From Eubacteriales bacterium (lineage in GTDB: Bacteria > Bacillota > Clostridia > Oscillospirales > CAG-272), in the NCBI GenBank assembly GCA_045126855.1, contig JBGVPG010000008.1, positions 66,158 to 130,157 on the forward strand: a stretch of DNA of 64,000 bases. The letters are read 5' to 3'. Below are positions 38,182 to 47,244 of the stretch, piece after piece (position 1 is the first letter of the stretch; every line of letters begins with the position of its first letter). The notes under the pieces were generated by a model that saw nothing but the letters and a program-made list of their open reading frames with translations, was not told the origin of the DNA and searched no databases. The position numbers and the translations under genes were made by a program.

Positions 38182-39120
38182 TTAAAGTTTCTCCGCCACG
38201 CGAAGCTTTGCGCTTCTGGAGCGTGGGTTATTTTCTAATTCTTCCTCTGTGGGTAAAATGGGTTTTCTCGAAATTTCTTTGATTACGGGCTTGCGGCCGC
38301 AAATACAAACGGGGAAGTCCTTGGGACAGGTGCATCCTCCGAGCAGAGATTTGAAGCCCTGCTTAACAAGTCTGTCCTCCAACGAGTGGAAGGAAATAAC
38401 TGCTATCCTTCCACCGGGGACAAGGTTTTTAGCTGCAGAGTCAATCAAGGGGGTGATTGCGTCCAGCTCACCATTAACCTCAATTCTGATGGCCTGGAAC
38501 GTGCGCTTGGCAGGGTGGGGGCCGTCTGCTCTCGCCGCACTGGGGATCGCTCCCTTGATGATCTCTGTCAGCTCGTGTGTCGTGGTTATTGGATGTTCAC
38601 TGCGGCTTTTGCAAATTGCAGATGCGATCCTGGGGGCGAATCGCTCTTCGCCGTAGTCATAAATGATTCTTTTGAGTGCCTCCTCCGAGTAGCTGTTGAC
38701 GATTTCATAAGCGGATAGGGGAGAATCGGTGTCCATTCTCATATCCAGCCTTGCATCGTGCATATAGCTGAAGCCTCTTTCGGGAGTATCAAACTGATAA
38801 CTGCTGCAACCGAGGTCGGCAAGAACGCCGCCGAGGTTGTCAATGCCGTATTCCTTGATAACTCGTTCAAGACCGGAGAAGTTGTCGTTTACGAAGGTGA
38901 TCTTGTCGAGATAGTCTTTAAGTCTTTCCTTAGCCGCCGCAATGGCGTCCTTGTCTCTGTCAAAGCAGATAAGTCTGGAATTTGGACCAAGGCGCTTCGC
39001 TATTTCAAGCGAATGACCTCCACCACCGGTTGTGCAATCAACGTATGTGTAACCATCTCTGATGTTAAGAGCATCAATGCACTCGAAAAGAAGAACCGAT
39101 ACGTGAGAGAAGTTGTTCAT
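38182..39120 (-). CDS. rsmH: 16S rRNA (cytosine1402-N4)-methyltransferase
   Basis: 312 aa; DCTTGGGGHS SAM motif; follows mraZ. Confidence 0.95.
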   Translation of the reverse strand: MNNFSHVSVLLFECIDALNIRDGYTYVDCTTGGGGHSLEIAKRLGPNSRLICFDRDKDAIAAAKERLKDYLDKITFVNDNFSGLERVIKEYGIDNLGGVLADLGCSSYQFDTPERGFSYMHDARLDMRMDTDSPLSAYEIVNSYSEEALKRIIYDYGEERFAPRIASAICKSRSEHPITTTHELTEIIKGAIPSAARADGPHPAKRTFQAIRIEVNGELDAITPLIDSAAKNLVPGGRIAVISFHSLEDRLVKQGFKSLLGGCTCPKDFPVCICGRKPVIKEISRKPILPTEEELENNPRSRSAKLRVAEKL

Positions 39121-39144
39121 CGCAGAATCTTCCTTTCAAATATA

Positions 39145-39567
39145 TTAAAGCTCGTATTGCTGAAGTATAGAACGAATGCTTTCGAGATCGCGTGTAGCCT
39201 CGCGCTTCGACCAAAGCTCCTCAGACCACACGTTGATTACTCGGCCTGCGCCGACGAATACAACGTTCTTGTTCATCTGAGAGTGCGTGCGCAGGGTATC
39301 GTCAAGAAGGATTCTGCCGCTTCCGTCGGGAGTGCATTTCTGTGCAGCTGACATGAAGTATTCCTTTGCAGCAGCTCCTGCTGTGTTGGGAATTCTGTCA
39401 AGCCTCTCGAGGAAAAGCGACCATTCGCTCTCGGTGTATATGGTGAGGCAGCTGTCAACACTTCTTGTTACGTAGAAAGTGTTTCCAAGATCTTCGCGGT
39501 ATTTTGCGGGAACAAAGACACGATTCTTTGTGTCAAGAGAGTATGTGCTCGAACCTAAAAACGCCAT
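39145..39567 (-). CDS. mraZ: transcriptional regulator MraZ
   Basis: 140 aa; two SpoVT/AbrB-like halves, LDTKNRVFVP and DGSGRILL motifs; GGAGG RBS. Confidence 0.95.
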   Translation of the reverse strand: MAFLGSSTYSLDTKNRVFVPAKYREDLGNTFYVTRSVDSCLTIYTESEWSLFLERLDRIPNTAGAAAKEYFMSAAQKCTPDGSGRILLDDTLRTHSQMNKNVVFVGAGRVINVWSEELWSKREATRDLESIRSILQQYEL

Positions 39568-39643
39568 TGGGACTGCCTCCTTTTCTCAAAATAATATTTT
39601 GTGGTCTTACAAGGGAATAATTCGCCACAAAGTTGTCATAAGT

Positions 39644-39704
39644 TAACACTTATCACCACTTTTCACCACGCATATATTATAATACATATATTTGGAAAAA
39701 TCAA
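39644..39704 (-). promoter_or_regulatory. mraZ promoter plus putative MraZ operator (three direct GTG-type repeats, 10-bp period)
   Basis: minus strand TTGATT (39704-39699), 17 nt, TATAAT (39681-39676), then GTGGTGAAAA GTGGTGATAA GTGTTA (39669-39644). Confidence 0.55.
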
Positions 39705-39858
39705 GACCTTTTCTAAAAAAAGTTTACAGATTTTCAAAGTTTTTTGACAATTTTTTGAATTTTAGTAATTTTTGTGGTAAAAAGTGAAAAAAGTCTTCCA
39801 TTTTCGCCCTCAATGTGATAGAATATAAGCAGTAAATGTGAATTTGGAGGACGAATTT

Positions 39859-41037
39859 TTGAGCAGAAAGAAGAAATCCTTCGTAACCGCCGTAATTCTG
39901 GCTGCCGGTAGTGGTAGCAGAATGGGTGGTGAAATAACTAAGCAAAGGATTCAAATAGGTGGGGAAAGCATTCTTCGCCACACCGTTCGCGCCTTTGAGC
40001 TTGCCGAGGAAATAGACTCGATAGTAATTGTCTCTCGTGCTGATGAGATTGCGTGGGCAAGTGAAGAGTTGAATAGTGATTTTCCCAAGGTAAAGACGGT
40101 GATTTCAGGTGGAAAAAACAGGGCAGAGTCGGCATATCTTGGATTTTCTGCAGTGGATTCTCATACTGATTTCGTTGCTATTCACGATGGCGCAAGATGC
40201 CTTGTTACCCCCGAGATGATCAACGCAGTAGTACGTACTGCATACCAGACCTCGGCGGCAAGTGCTGCATGCAAAATAACCGACACCTTGAAGAAGGTAG
40301 GGGAAGATGGATACGTGGCCCATACACTTTCCCGAGACGGTATATATTCAGCACAGACTCCACAGGTATTTTCTTATGAACTGTACGACCGTGCAACACG
40401 CGGCATTGATCTGGGCGAAATAATGACAGACGATAATATGCTGGTCGAAAGGATAGGCGGCAGGGTTTACGCCGTTGAAACGGGCAGGGAGAATATTAAG
40501 ATTACTACGCCCGACGATATTGGCTATGCTGAATATATTCTTGAAAGGAGACGTGCTGTGGGTGAAATCAGAATCGGCCATGGATATGACGTTCATAGAC
40601 TTGTTGATGGAAGAAAATTGATTCTCGGTGGCGTTGAGATCCCTCATAGCCTTGGGTTGCTCGGTCACTCGGATGCCGACGTTCTGACACATGCCGTTAT
40701 GGATGCGCTTCTTGGTGCGGCAGGGCTTGGTGATATAGGACGTCATTTTCCCGATACAGACGGTCAGTACAAGGATATATCCAGCCTGACACTTCTTGAA
40801 AAGGTTGCTATTATACTTTCAAATGAGGGGTACTCGGTGGAAAACATCGATGTAACGCTTGTAATGCAGAAGCCGAAGGTAGCCCCCTATATTGATTCGA
40901 TGATATTCAATATTGCGAATATTCTGCATATAAATCCAGGCAGAGTGAACATAAAAGCAACCACCGAAGAAAAACTTGGTTTCACCGGACGAGAGGAAGG
41001 CGTAAGCTGTCACGCCGTTGCTCTGATAAAAAAATAA
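39859..41037 (+). CDS. ispDF: bifunctional IspD/IspF (MEP cytidylyltransferase / MEcPP synthase)
   Basis: AAGSGSRMG (IspD), [11 protein letters not shown] (IspF); start uncertain: TTG 39859 is 8 nt after GGAGG, track uses GTG 39838. Confidence 0.9.
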   Translation: MSRKKKSFVTAVILAAGSGSRMGGEITKQRIQIGGESILRHTVRAFELAEEIDSIVIVSRADEIAWASEELNSDFPKVKTVISGGKNRAESAYLGFSAVDSHTDFVAIHDGARCLVTPEMINAVVRTAYQTSAASAACKITDTLKKVGEDGYVAHTLSRDGIYSAQTPQVFSYELYDRATRGIDLGEIMTDDNMLVERIGGRVYAVETGRENIKITTPDDIGYAEYILERRRAVGEIRIGHGYDVHRLVDGRKLILGGVEIPHSLGLLGHSDADVLTHAVMDALLGAAGLGDIGRHFPDTDGQYKDISSLTLLEKVAIILSNEGYSVENIDVTLVMQKPKVAPYIDSMIFNIANILHINPGRVNIKATTEEKLGFTGREEGVSCHAVALIKK

Positions 41038-41202
41038 GGGGTGATAATCACCCCAATCATAAGGCTGAACTGACTGAATTTATTCTGAAACGTCTTTTAC
41101 TTTTCCGTCGTTTCAGCCAGTTCATGCCGTTATTTGCCGCAAAACGGCTCTATAGCATTTTATGAATTTAACCACAAAATGACACTTAAGAAAGGTAATG
41201 AT

Positions 41203-41853
41203 ATGACTAAAATTTCCCCTTCCGTTCTCGCCTGCGACCTTTCCAACCTTGCAAATGAAGTAAAGGAGATTGAACGTTGCGGAGCCGATATGGTGCATCT
41301 TGACGTAATGGACGGAATGTTCGTTACAAATATTTCCTTCGGACTCCCAGTAATACAGTCCTTGAGGGATAAGACTGATCTGATCTTTGACGTTCATCTG
41401 ATGATTGAAGAGCCGGAAAGATATGCAGACCGTTTTATTGAGGCCGGTGCGGATATCCTTACCTTCCATCTCGAAGCCTGCAAGGACCCCGTTGGACTGC
41501 TTCAAAGCATTAGAGCTCAGGGCGTTATGGCAGGAATTTCTATAAAGCCAGGTACGGATGTAAGTGAGGTTTTTCCTCTCCTTGAGGAGTGCGATATGGT
41601 TCTTGTTATGACGGTTGAGCCCGGGTATGGTGGACAGAAGCTGATACCTGAAACTCTAGAAAAGGTAAGTAAAATCAGGGCAGAAATTGTAAATCGCTCA
41701 CTCTCTGTTGAAATTCAGGTTGACGGCGGTATTAATAGCAGCAATGCCCCCATGGCTATTTCTGCCGGTGCAAGCATCCTCGTTGCAGGCAGTAGCGTAT
41801 TTGGTGCTGCCGATAAAAAGGCGGCGATAGAATCTCTCAGAAATGCAAATTGA
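41203..41853 (+). CDS. rpe: ribulose-phosphate 3-epimerase
   Basis: start at ATG 41203 (MTKISPSVLACD); HLDVMDG, VDGGI motifs. Confidence 0.9.
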   Translation: MTKISPSVLACDLSNLANEVKEIERCGADMVHLDVMDGMFVTNISFGLPVIQSLRDKTDLIFDVHLMIEEPERYADRFIEAGADILTFHLEACKDPVGLLQSIRAQGVMAGISIKPGTDVSEVFPLLEECDMVLVMTVEPGYGGQKLIPETLEKVSKIRAEIVNRSLSVEIQVDGGINSSNAPMAISAGASILVAGSSVFGAADKKAAIESLRNAN

Positions 41854-42580
41854 CAATTTACGGTTTGCCATAGCTTATGAGACGGCGGTAAATGAGGCCA
41901 GACAGGGAATCGGACGTCTTGGCGAAAAGACGATACATCGTACTCTGAAGCATTATTTTGAGCCTGACAGCAGCTATCACGAGGTAAAATACGGACCTAT
42001 GGTCTGCGATATAAAAAAGGACGGCGAGATTATTGAAATTCAAACCCGATCCTTTGATAGACTTATTCCAAAGTTGAGATCATATTTACTAAGCAATTCC
42101 GTTACCGTAGTATATCCGATCATAGAAAATAAAACGATTTTCAGGATTGACGTCAATAGCGGCGAGACAATTTCTTTGAGAAGGAGTTCAAAGAAGGGAA
42201 ATTTCATAGATGCATTGGCGGAAATTGCTAAGCTTCGTGAGTTTATTCCCAATGAAAATCTTAGAATTCTTCTTGTTTTTATTGATGCAACCGAAGCAAG
42301 AATGGACGGCAAAACCGTACGTGTAGGGAGAAAGAGAACAGAAAAGCTTGATGCGATCCCAACCTCGATTAATTCTATTGTAGAGCTTCATGGTGTCGAG
42401 GATTATCGTGTATTATTGCCCGAAAATCTTCCGAATGAATTTGGATCTAAGGATTTTGAAAAACTGACAAAGCTACATAATATCAATCTCCACGCCGCGC
42501 TTGCGTTCTTTTTTAAAATAGGCTTTTTCAATCGTGACAAGCGTGGAGGAAGAAGCTATATCTATACCTTGAATGACTAA
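41843..42580 (+). CDS. hypothetical protein, possible PD-(D/E)XK-fold
   Basis: 245 aa; overlaps rpe stop by 11 nt; CDIKKDGEIIEIQTRS resembles a D...E.Q/K nuclease core; otherwise unassigned. Confidence 0.55.
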   Translation: MQIDNLRFAIAYETAVNEARQGIGRLGEKTIHRTLKHYFEPDSSYHEVKYGPMVCDIKKDGEIIEIQTRSFDRLIPKLRSYLLSNSVTVVYPIIENKTIFRIDVNSGETISLRRSSKKGNFIDALAEIAKLREFIPNENLRILLVFIDATEARMDGKTVRVGRKRTEKLDAIPTSINSIVELHGVEDYRVLLPENLPNEFGSKDFEKLTKLHNINLHAALAFFFKIGFFNRDKRGGRSYIYTLND

Positions 42581-42588
42581 AAGATGAT

Positions 42589-42619
42589 GGCGATGTGCTC
42601 TTTTCACATCGCCTTTTTT
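42589..42619 (+). terminator. intrinsic terminator
   Basis: GGCGATGTG / CACATCGCC stem followed by TTTTTT. Confidence 0.7.
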
Positions 42620-42766
42620 GTCGTTATATCAAAAAAACTAAGGTTGATTGTAAAAAGGCGCAAACGGAGTCAAAAAAATTAAGGTTTTTGATCTCTTATT
42701 GTTTTATAATAAGAATAGCACACTATAAGTTTTTAAAATAAATACTCATAGGGGGATTTTTTTAGC

Positions 42767-44056
42767 ATGAATTTTGAGAAAAAACAGAGAACAGAAAGAG
42801 TAATTCAGTTTGGCGAGGGCGGCTTCCTTCGTGGCTTTGTGGACTGGATGCTTCAGAAAATAAACGAAAAATCCGATTTTGACGGTAGCGTTGTTGTCGT
42901 TCAGCCCATTGAGCAGGGAATGTGCGATATGCTTTCTGCGCAGAACTGTGTTTACACTCACGTTTGCCGAGGAGTGGAGGGCGTTGATACCACCGTTGTT
43001 GACGTTATTTCCAGATGCGTAAAGCCCTACGAGGACTTTAGCGCTTATCTTGCGCTTGCAGAGCAGCCTGAGATGCGTTTTATCGTGTCCAACACTACCG
43101 AAAGCGGTATTGTTTTCTCGGCTGATGATAAGATTACCGATGCGCCTCCTAAGTCCTTCCCGGCAAAGGTTACCCTTCTTCTCAAGAAGAGATACGAGCT
43201 TGGTCTTGGCGGATTTATCTTCCTCCCCTGCGAGCTTATAAACCGTAACGGCGATAACCTGAAGAAGTGTATTCTTCAGTATGCAGACCTCTGGTCTCTT
43301 GGCGACGGCTTCAAGGCTTGGGTAGAGCAGGAGAACGTATTCACCAACACTCTTGTTGACCGAATCAATACGGGCTATCCCAGAGGAGAGGACCTCGGCC
43401 TCGGATATGAGGATAACATGGCAAATACCTCCGAGTTCTTCCATCTTTGGGTTATTGAAACTGACTTCGATCTTGATGCCGAGATGCCCTTCAGCAAAAC
43501 CGACCTTAACGTGATTATTACTCCCGATAAGCTTGAGATGTACCGCACCAGAAAGGTTCGTATTCTGAACGGTGCTCACACCTCGCTTGTTCCTTATGCG
43601 CTTCTTTCGGGCCTTGACACGGTTAAGAGCTGTCTTGATGATGAAACGATGAGCGCCCATCTCAAAAAGTGCGTCTTTGATGAGATTATTCCTACTCTCG
43701 ATCTTCCTCACGACGAGCTTCTTTCCTATGCAAACAGCGTTGTTGAGCGTTTCAGCAATCCGTATATAAAGCACTATCTCTCTGCCATCGCCCTTAACTC
43801 GGTATCCAAGTTTAAGGTAAGAGTTCTTCCTTCCATTCTTGAATACATAAAGAGATATAACAAGATGCCCGAGACACTCCTCTTTGCATTTGCAAAGCTT
43901 ATTGACTTCTACAAGACCGATATGACAAACGACGACGCCGACGTTGTTGAGTTTATGAAGAACAACGATACTGCGGCAATTCTTGCAAACGAAGCTCTTT
44001 GGGGACAGGATCTGTCTCATCTTACACCCGAGGTAGAGAAATATGTTAATAAATAA
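42767..44056 (+). CDS. uxaB: tagaturonate reductase (altronate oxidoreductase)
   Basis: 429 aa; N-terminus RVIQFGEGGFLRGFVDWML matches the UxaB family; mannitol dehydrogenase fold. Confidence 0.85.
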   Translation: MNFEKKQRTERVIQFGEGGFLRGFVDWMLQKINEKSDFDGSVVVVQPIEQGMCDMLSAQNCVYTHVCRGVEGVDTTVVDVISRCVKPYEDFSAYLALAEQPEMRFIVSNTTESGIVFSADDKITDAPPKSFPAKVTLLLKKRYELGLGGFIFLPCELINRNGDNLKKCILQYADLWSLGDGFKAWVEQENVFTNTLVDRINTGYPRGEDLGLGYEDNMANTSEFFHLWVIETDFDLDAEMPFSKTDLNVIITPDKLEMYRTRKVRILNGAHTSLVPYALLSGLDTVKSCLDDETMSAHLKKCVFDEIIPTLDLPHDELLSYANSVVERFSNPYIKHYLSAIALNSVSKFKVRVLPSILEYIKRYNKMPETLLFAFAKLIDFYKTDMTNDDADVVEFMKNNDTAAILANEALWGQDLSHLTPEVEKYVNK

Positions 44057-45413
44057 GCTTGATAACGTTGATATAAACCTTGATGATGGCCACAAATATG
44101 CTCTTCGAGACATAAAGGCAGGAGAGGATATTATCAAGTATGGTAACCCCATCGGACACGCTACCTGCGATATTAAGGCAGGTGAGCACGTTCACACTCA
44201 CAACGTAAAAACTAATCTTTCCGGCAATCTCGAGTATACCTATGAGCCCAAGTTCTACGATACGCCGGCAGAGCCTACCGACCGTACCTTTATGGGCTAC
44301 GTTCGTGAGAATGGCGACGTCGGTATCAGAAACGAGATTTGGATCGTTAACACGGTTGGTTGCGTTAATAAGATTTCCCAGAAACTTGCCGAGCTCACAG
44401 GCGCAAGATATTTTCCACACCCCTTTGGATGCTCTCAGCTTGGAGACGACCAGACCATAACGCAGAAGATCCTGCGCGGAATGGTAAATCACCCCAACGC
44501 CGCAGGCGTTCTTGTGCTTGGTCTTGGATGTGAAAATAACAATATCGACGTGTTTAAAAAGGTTCTCGGCGACTATAATCCTGATAGGGTGAAATTCCTC
44601 AATACTCAGGATGCTGACGATGATATTGAGGCAGGCGTTGCTCTTATTAACGAGCTGAGGGAATACGCTGCAAGATTTGAGCGTGTGCCCGTTCCCGTAT
44701 CCAAGCTTCGCATAGGTCTTAAATGCGGCGGTAGCGACGGATATAGCGGAATAACCGCAAATCCCCTTGTCGGCAGACTGTCGGATAAGGTGATTTCTCA
44801 CGGCGGTAGCTGTGTTCTTACCGAGGTTCCCGAGATGTTCGGCGCAGAGCACCTTCTTATGCAAAGGTGCGAGAGTAGGGAAATATTCGATAAGACCGTC
44901 AAGCTTATCAATGATTTCAAGGATTATTATACCCGTCATAATCAGGTTATTTACGAAAACCCCTCGCCCGGAAACAAGAAGGGCGGAATTACAACCCTTG
45001 AGGAAAAGTCGCTTGGCTGCGTTCAGAAGGGCGGACTTTCCAAGGTGGTTGACGTCCTTGATTACGGTGACGTGTTGACCAAAAACGGACTTTCGCTGCT
45101 TAACGGTCCCGGTAATGACATTGTTGCAATAACCAACCTGATGGCGGCAGGAGTGCATATTATTCTCTTTACCACGGGTCGAGGAACTCCCGTTGGAGCA
45201 CCTGTGCCTACCGTAAAGATCGCAACCAATCATTCGCTTGCTACTCGCAAGGCAAATTGGATCGACTTCGACGCATCTCCCACTCTCGAGGGCAAGCCCC
45301 TTACAGACGAGCTTTTTGAGTACGTTGTCAGTGTAGCAGAGGGCAGAGAAACACAGAACGAAATAAATAATTATAGAGAAATCTCAATATTTAAGGATGG
45401 TGTAACGCTATGA
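44043..45413 (+). CDS. uxaA: altronate dehydratase
   Basis: 456 aa; SAF domain GHKYALRDIKAGEDIIKYGNPIG...AGEHVHTHN; UxaA C-domain. Confidence 0.85.
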   Translation: MLINKLDNVDINLDDGHKYALRDIKAGEDIIKYGNPIGHATCDIKAGEHVHTHNVKTNLSGNLEYTYEPKFYDTPAEPTDRTFMGYVRENGDVGIRNEIWIVNTVGCVNKISQKLAELTGARYFPHPFGCSQLGDDQTITQKILRGMVNHPNAAGVLVLGLGCENNNIDVFKKVLGDYNPDRVKFLNTQDADDDIEAGVALINELREYAARFERVPVPVSKLRIGLKCGGSDGYSGITANPLVGRLSDKVISHGGSCVLTEVPEMFGAEHLLMQRCESREIFDKTVKLINDFKDYYTRHNQVIYENPSPGNKKGGITTLEEKSLGCVQKGGLSKVVDVLDYGDVLTKNGLSLLNGPGNDIVAITNLMAAGVHIILFTTGRGTPVGAPVPTVKIATNHSLATRKANWIDFDASPTLEGKPLTDELFEYVVSVAEGRETQNEINNYREISIFKDGVTL

Positions 45414-46768
45414 GTTTCATTAACGACAACTTTATGCTCAAAAATGAGCCCGCAAAGAAGCTTTATTCTATGGTAAAGGATCTTCCGATTATAGATTATC
45501 ATTGTCACCTTTCCCCCAAGCAGATCGCAGAAAACTATCAGTTCAAGAATGCATTTGATCTCTTCCTTGGCGGTGATCACTATAAGTGGCGTCAGATTAG
45601 AACCGCAGGTGTTCCCGAGGAGCTTATTACCGGCAACGCTGACGAGTATGAGAAGTTCAAGATGTTTGCAAAGACCATCCCCGGTCTTATCGGCAACCCC
45701 CTTTATCATTGGACACACCTTGAGCTCAAGAGATATTTTGATATCGACGAGCCTCTTAACGAGGAGTCCTGCGAGCGCATTTGGAATAAGGTAAACGAGT
45801 GCCTTGCAAAGCCCGAATACCGTGCTCAGGAGCTTATTCGCCGTTCTAATGTTGAGATCATCTGCACCACAGACGATCCCGTCGACACACTTGAATACCA
45901 CGCAGCTCTCAAGAGCTTTTCTACCAAGGTTCTTCCCACCTTCCGTCCCGATAAGGCGGTTGAGATCGGCAAGGAGACCTTCATTCCTTACATTGAGTCT
46001 ACAGGCGTTAAGTCCTACGACGAGCTTGTTGCTTGGATCAAGGGCCGTATCGCATACTTCAACGAGTATGGATGCAAGCTTTCCGACCACGCTCTCGAGT
46101 ACGTTCCCTTTGCAACCGGTGACGCTAAGGCTGCTTTCGACAAGCGTATGGCAGGCGGCGAGCTTACCAAGGAGGAGATCGACTCCTTCAAGACCGCTAT
46201 GCTTCTCGCGTGCGCTGAGGAATACGTTAAGTACGATTGGGCAATGCAGCTACACATCGGTGCACTTCGTAATAATAATAAGAAGATGTATGCTAAGCTT
46301 GGTCCCGATACCGGCTTTGATTCCATCAACGACCTTTGCATCGCAGAGGATCTTGGCGCATTCATGAGCCACCTCGAGTGTGCAGATTGTCTTCCCAAGA
46401 CTATTCTTTATACTCTTAATCCCAAGGACAATTACGTTCTCGGTACTATGCTCGGTTGCTTCCAAGGCGCAGGCGTAGCAGGTAAGATCCAGTTCGGCTC
46501 CGGCTGGTGGTTCAACGATCAGCGTGACGGCATGGAGGCTCAGATGCAGGCACTTGCAAACCTTGGCACACTTTCCGCATTCGTTGGTATGCTTACCGAC
46601 AGCCGTTCCTTCGTATCCTATCCTCGCCATGAGTACTTCAGACGTATTATGTGTAACCTCATCGGTAAGTGGGTAGACGAGGGCGAGTATCCTGAGGATT
46701 ATAAGGCTCTCGAGAAGATCGTAACAGGCATTGCATACTACAACGCAAAGAATTACTTCAAATTCTAA
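45410..46768 (+). CDS. uxaC: glucuronate isomerase
   Basis: 452 aa; PIIDYHCHL, GDHYKWR motifs. Confidence 0.9.
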   Translation: MSFINDNFMLKNEPAKKLYSMVKDLPIIDYHCHLSPKQIAENYQFKNAFDLFLGGDHYKWRQIRTAGVPEELITGNADEYEKFKMFAKTIPGLIGNPLYHWTHLELKRYFDIDEPLNEESCERIWNKVNECLAKPEYRAQELIRRSNVEIICTTDDPVDTLEYHAALKSFSTKVLPTFRPDKAVEIGKETFIPYIESTGVKSYDELVAWIKGRIAYFNEYGCKLSDHALEYVPFATGDAKAAFDKRMAGGELTKEEIDSFKTAMLLACAEEYVKYDWAMQLHIGALRNNNKKMYAKLGPDTGFDSINDLCIAEDLGAFMSHLECADCLPKTILYTLNPKDNYVLGTMLGCFQGAGVAGKIQFGSGWWFNDQRDGMEAQMQALANLGTLSAFVGMLTDSRSFVSYPRHEYFRRIMCNLIGKWVDEGEYPEDYKALEKIVTGIAYYNAKNYFKF

Positions 46769-46820
46769 ATATTTATCCCCGAGAAACAAAAATTCTCGGG
46801 GATTTTTTTGTAAAAAGCTA

Positions 46821-46849
46821 TTGACAAATGGAAAACTATGTGATATAAT
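46821..46849 (+). promoter_or_regulatory. sigma-A type promoter of tRNA-Leu copy 2
   Basis: TTGACA 46821-46826, 17 nt, TATAAT 46844-46849 with TG extension; 11 nt before mature 5' end. Confidence 0.6.
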
Positions 46850-46860
46850 ATCAAATGTTC

Positions 46861-46944
46861 GCGGGAGTGGCGGAATCGGCAGACGCGCACGTTTGAGGGG
46901 CGTGTATCTTTGATGTACGGGTTCAAGTCCCGTTTCCCGCACCA
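46861..46944 (+). tRNA. tRNA-Leu (anticodon GAG), type II, CCA encoded
   Basis: same cloverleaf as 15753-15836 (identical sequence). Confidence 0.95.
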
Positions 46945-47004
46945 GGTAAAGACCAGGATGAAAATCTTGGTCTTTATTTTTGTTTATGCCTGGTCTTTAC
47001 CTGG
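46942..47004 (+). repeat. palindromic module A (perfect 16-bp inverted repeats enclosing a terminator)
   Basis: CCAGGTAAAGACCAGG 46942-46957 and CCTGGTCTTTACCTGG 46989-47004; inner hairpin AAAGACCAGG/CTTGGTCTTT + ATTTTT. Confidence 0.8.
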
Positions 47005-47007
47005 ATA

Positions 47008-47097
47008 GGAAACGGGACAGTTTTCAGGCAAGCCTTCAAACTTCAAGCTAAAAACGATTATCAATCGTTTTCTTAACGCTTGACATTTCCCGCACCA
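47008..47097 (+). repeat. module B (90 nt), ends in TTTCCCGCACCA
   Basis: homologous to complement 15450-15541; hairpin 47051-47071; repeats TTTCAG/CTTCAA/CTTCAA at 47022, 47034, 47041. Confidence 0.7.
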
Positions 47098-47104
47098 ACA
47101 AAAA

Positions 47105-47131
47105 GAGCAGACCAATCGGTCTGCTTTTTTT
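47105..47131. terminator. bidirectional intrinsic terminator (C)
   Basis: A-run, GCAGACC AAT CGGTCTGC, TTTTTTT. Confidence 0.75.
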
Positions 47132-47139
47132 GTTGGTAT

Positions 47140-47244
47140 GGGGACGGGCTTGAAGGGGAAGCGGTAGTGAATGACAGTCCGGTGGACTGTCAGAGCCGCG
47201 GAAGACCGAGCGCGTAGTTCGCGCGAGAATCAAGTCCCGTTTCC
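47140..47244 (+). other. module D (105-nt structured element closed by GGGGACGGG / CCCGTTTCC)
   Basis: internal hairpins GACAGTCC/GGACTGTC and GCGCG/CGCGC, GCGG/CCGC helix; 3' end TCAAGTCCCGTTTCC identical to tRNA T-arm/acceptor; tail ACGGTCTGCCTTTTTTT. Confidence 0.5.

Noticed and set aside
42746-45233. 468-aa and 395-aa minus-strand ORFs over uxaB and uxaA
   Set aside because: They are codon-aligned antisense shadows of genes with clear UxaB/UxaA motifs.
46250-46942. 230-aa minus-strand ORF starting in the tRNA-Leu gene
   Set aside because: Its N-terminus is the reverse complement of the tRNA and the remainder is the antisense shadow of uxaC.
47140-47244. Module D as tmRNA or tRNA-Sec (5' GGGGACG..., long closing helix, T-arm-like 3' end)
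   Set aside because: It is far too short for tmRNA and has no tag reading frame. It lacks a CCA end (it continues ACGG), a T-stem partner for CCCGT, and any UCA anticodon loop. The similarity is limited to the segment copied from tRNA-Leu.
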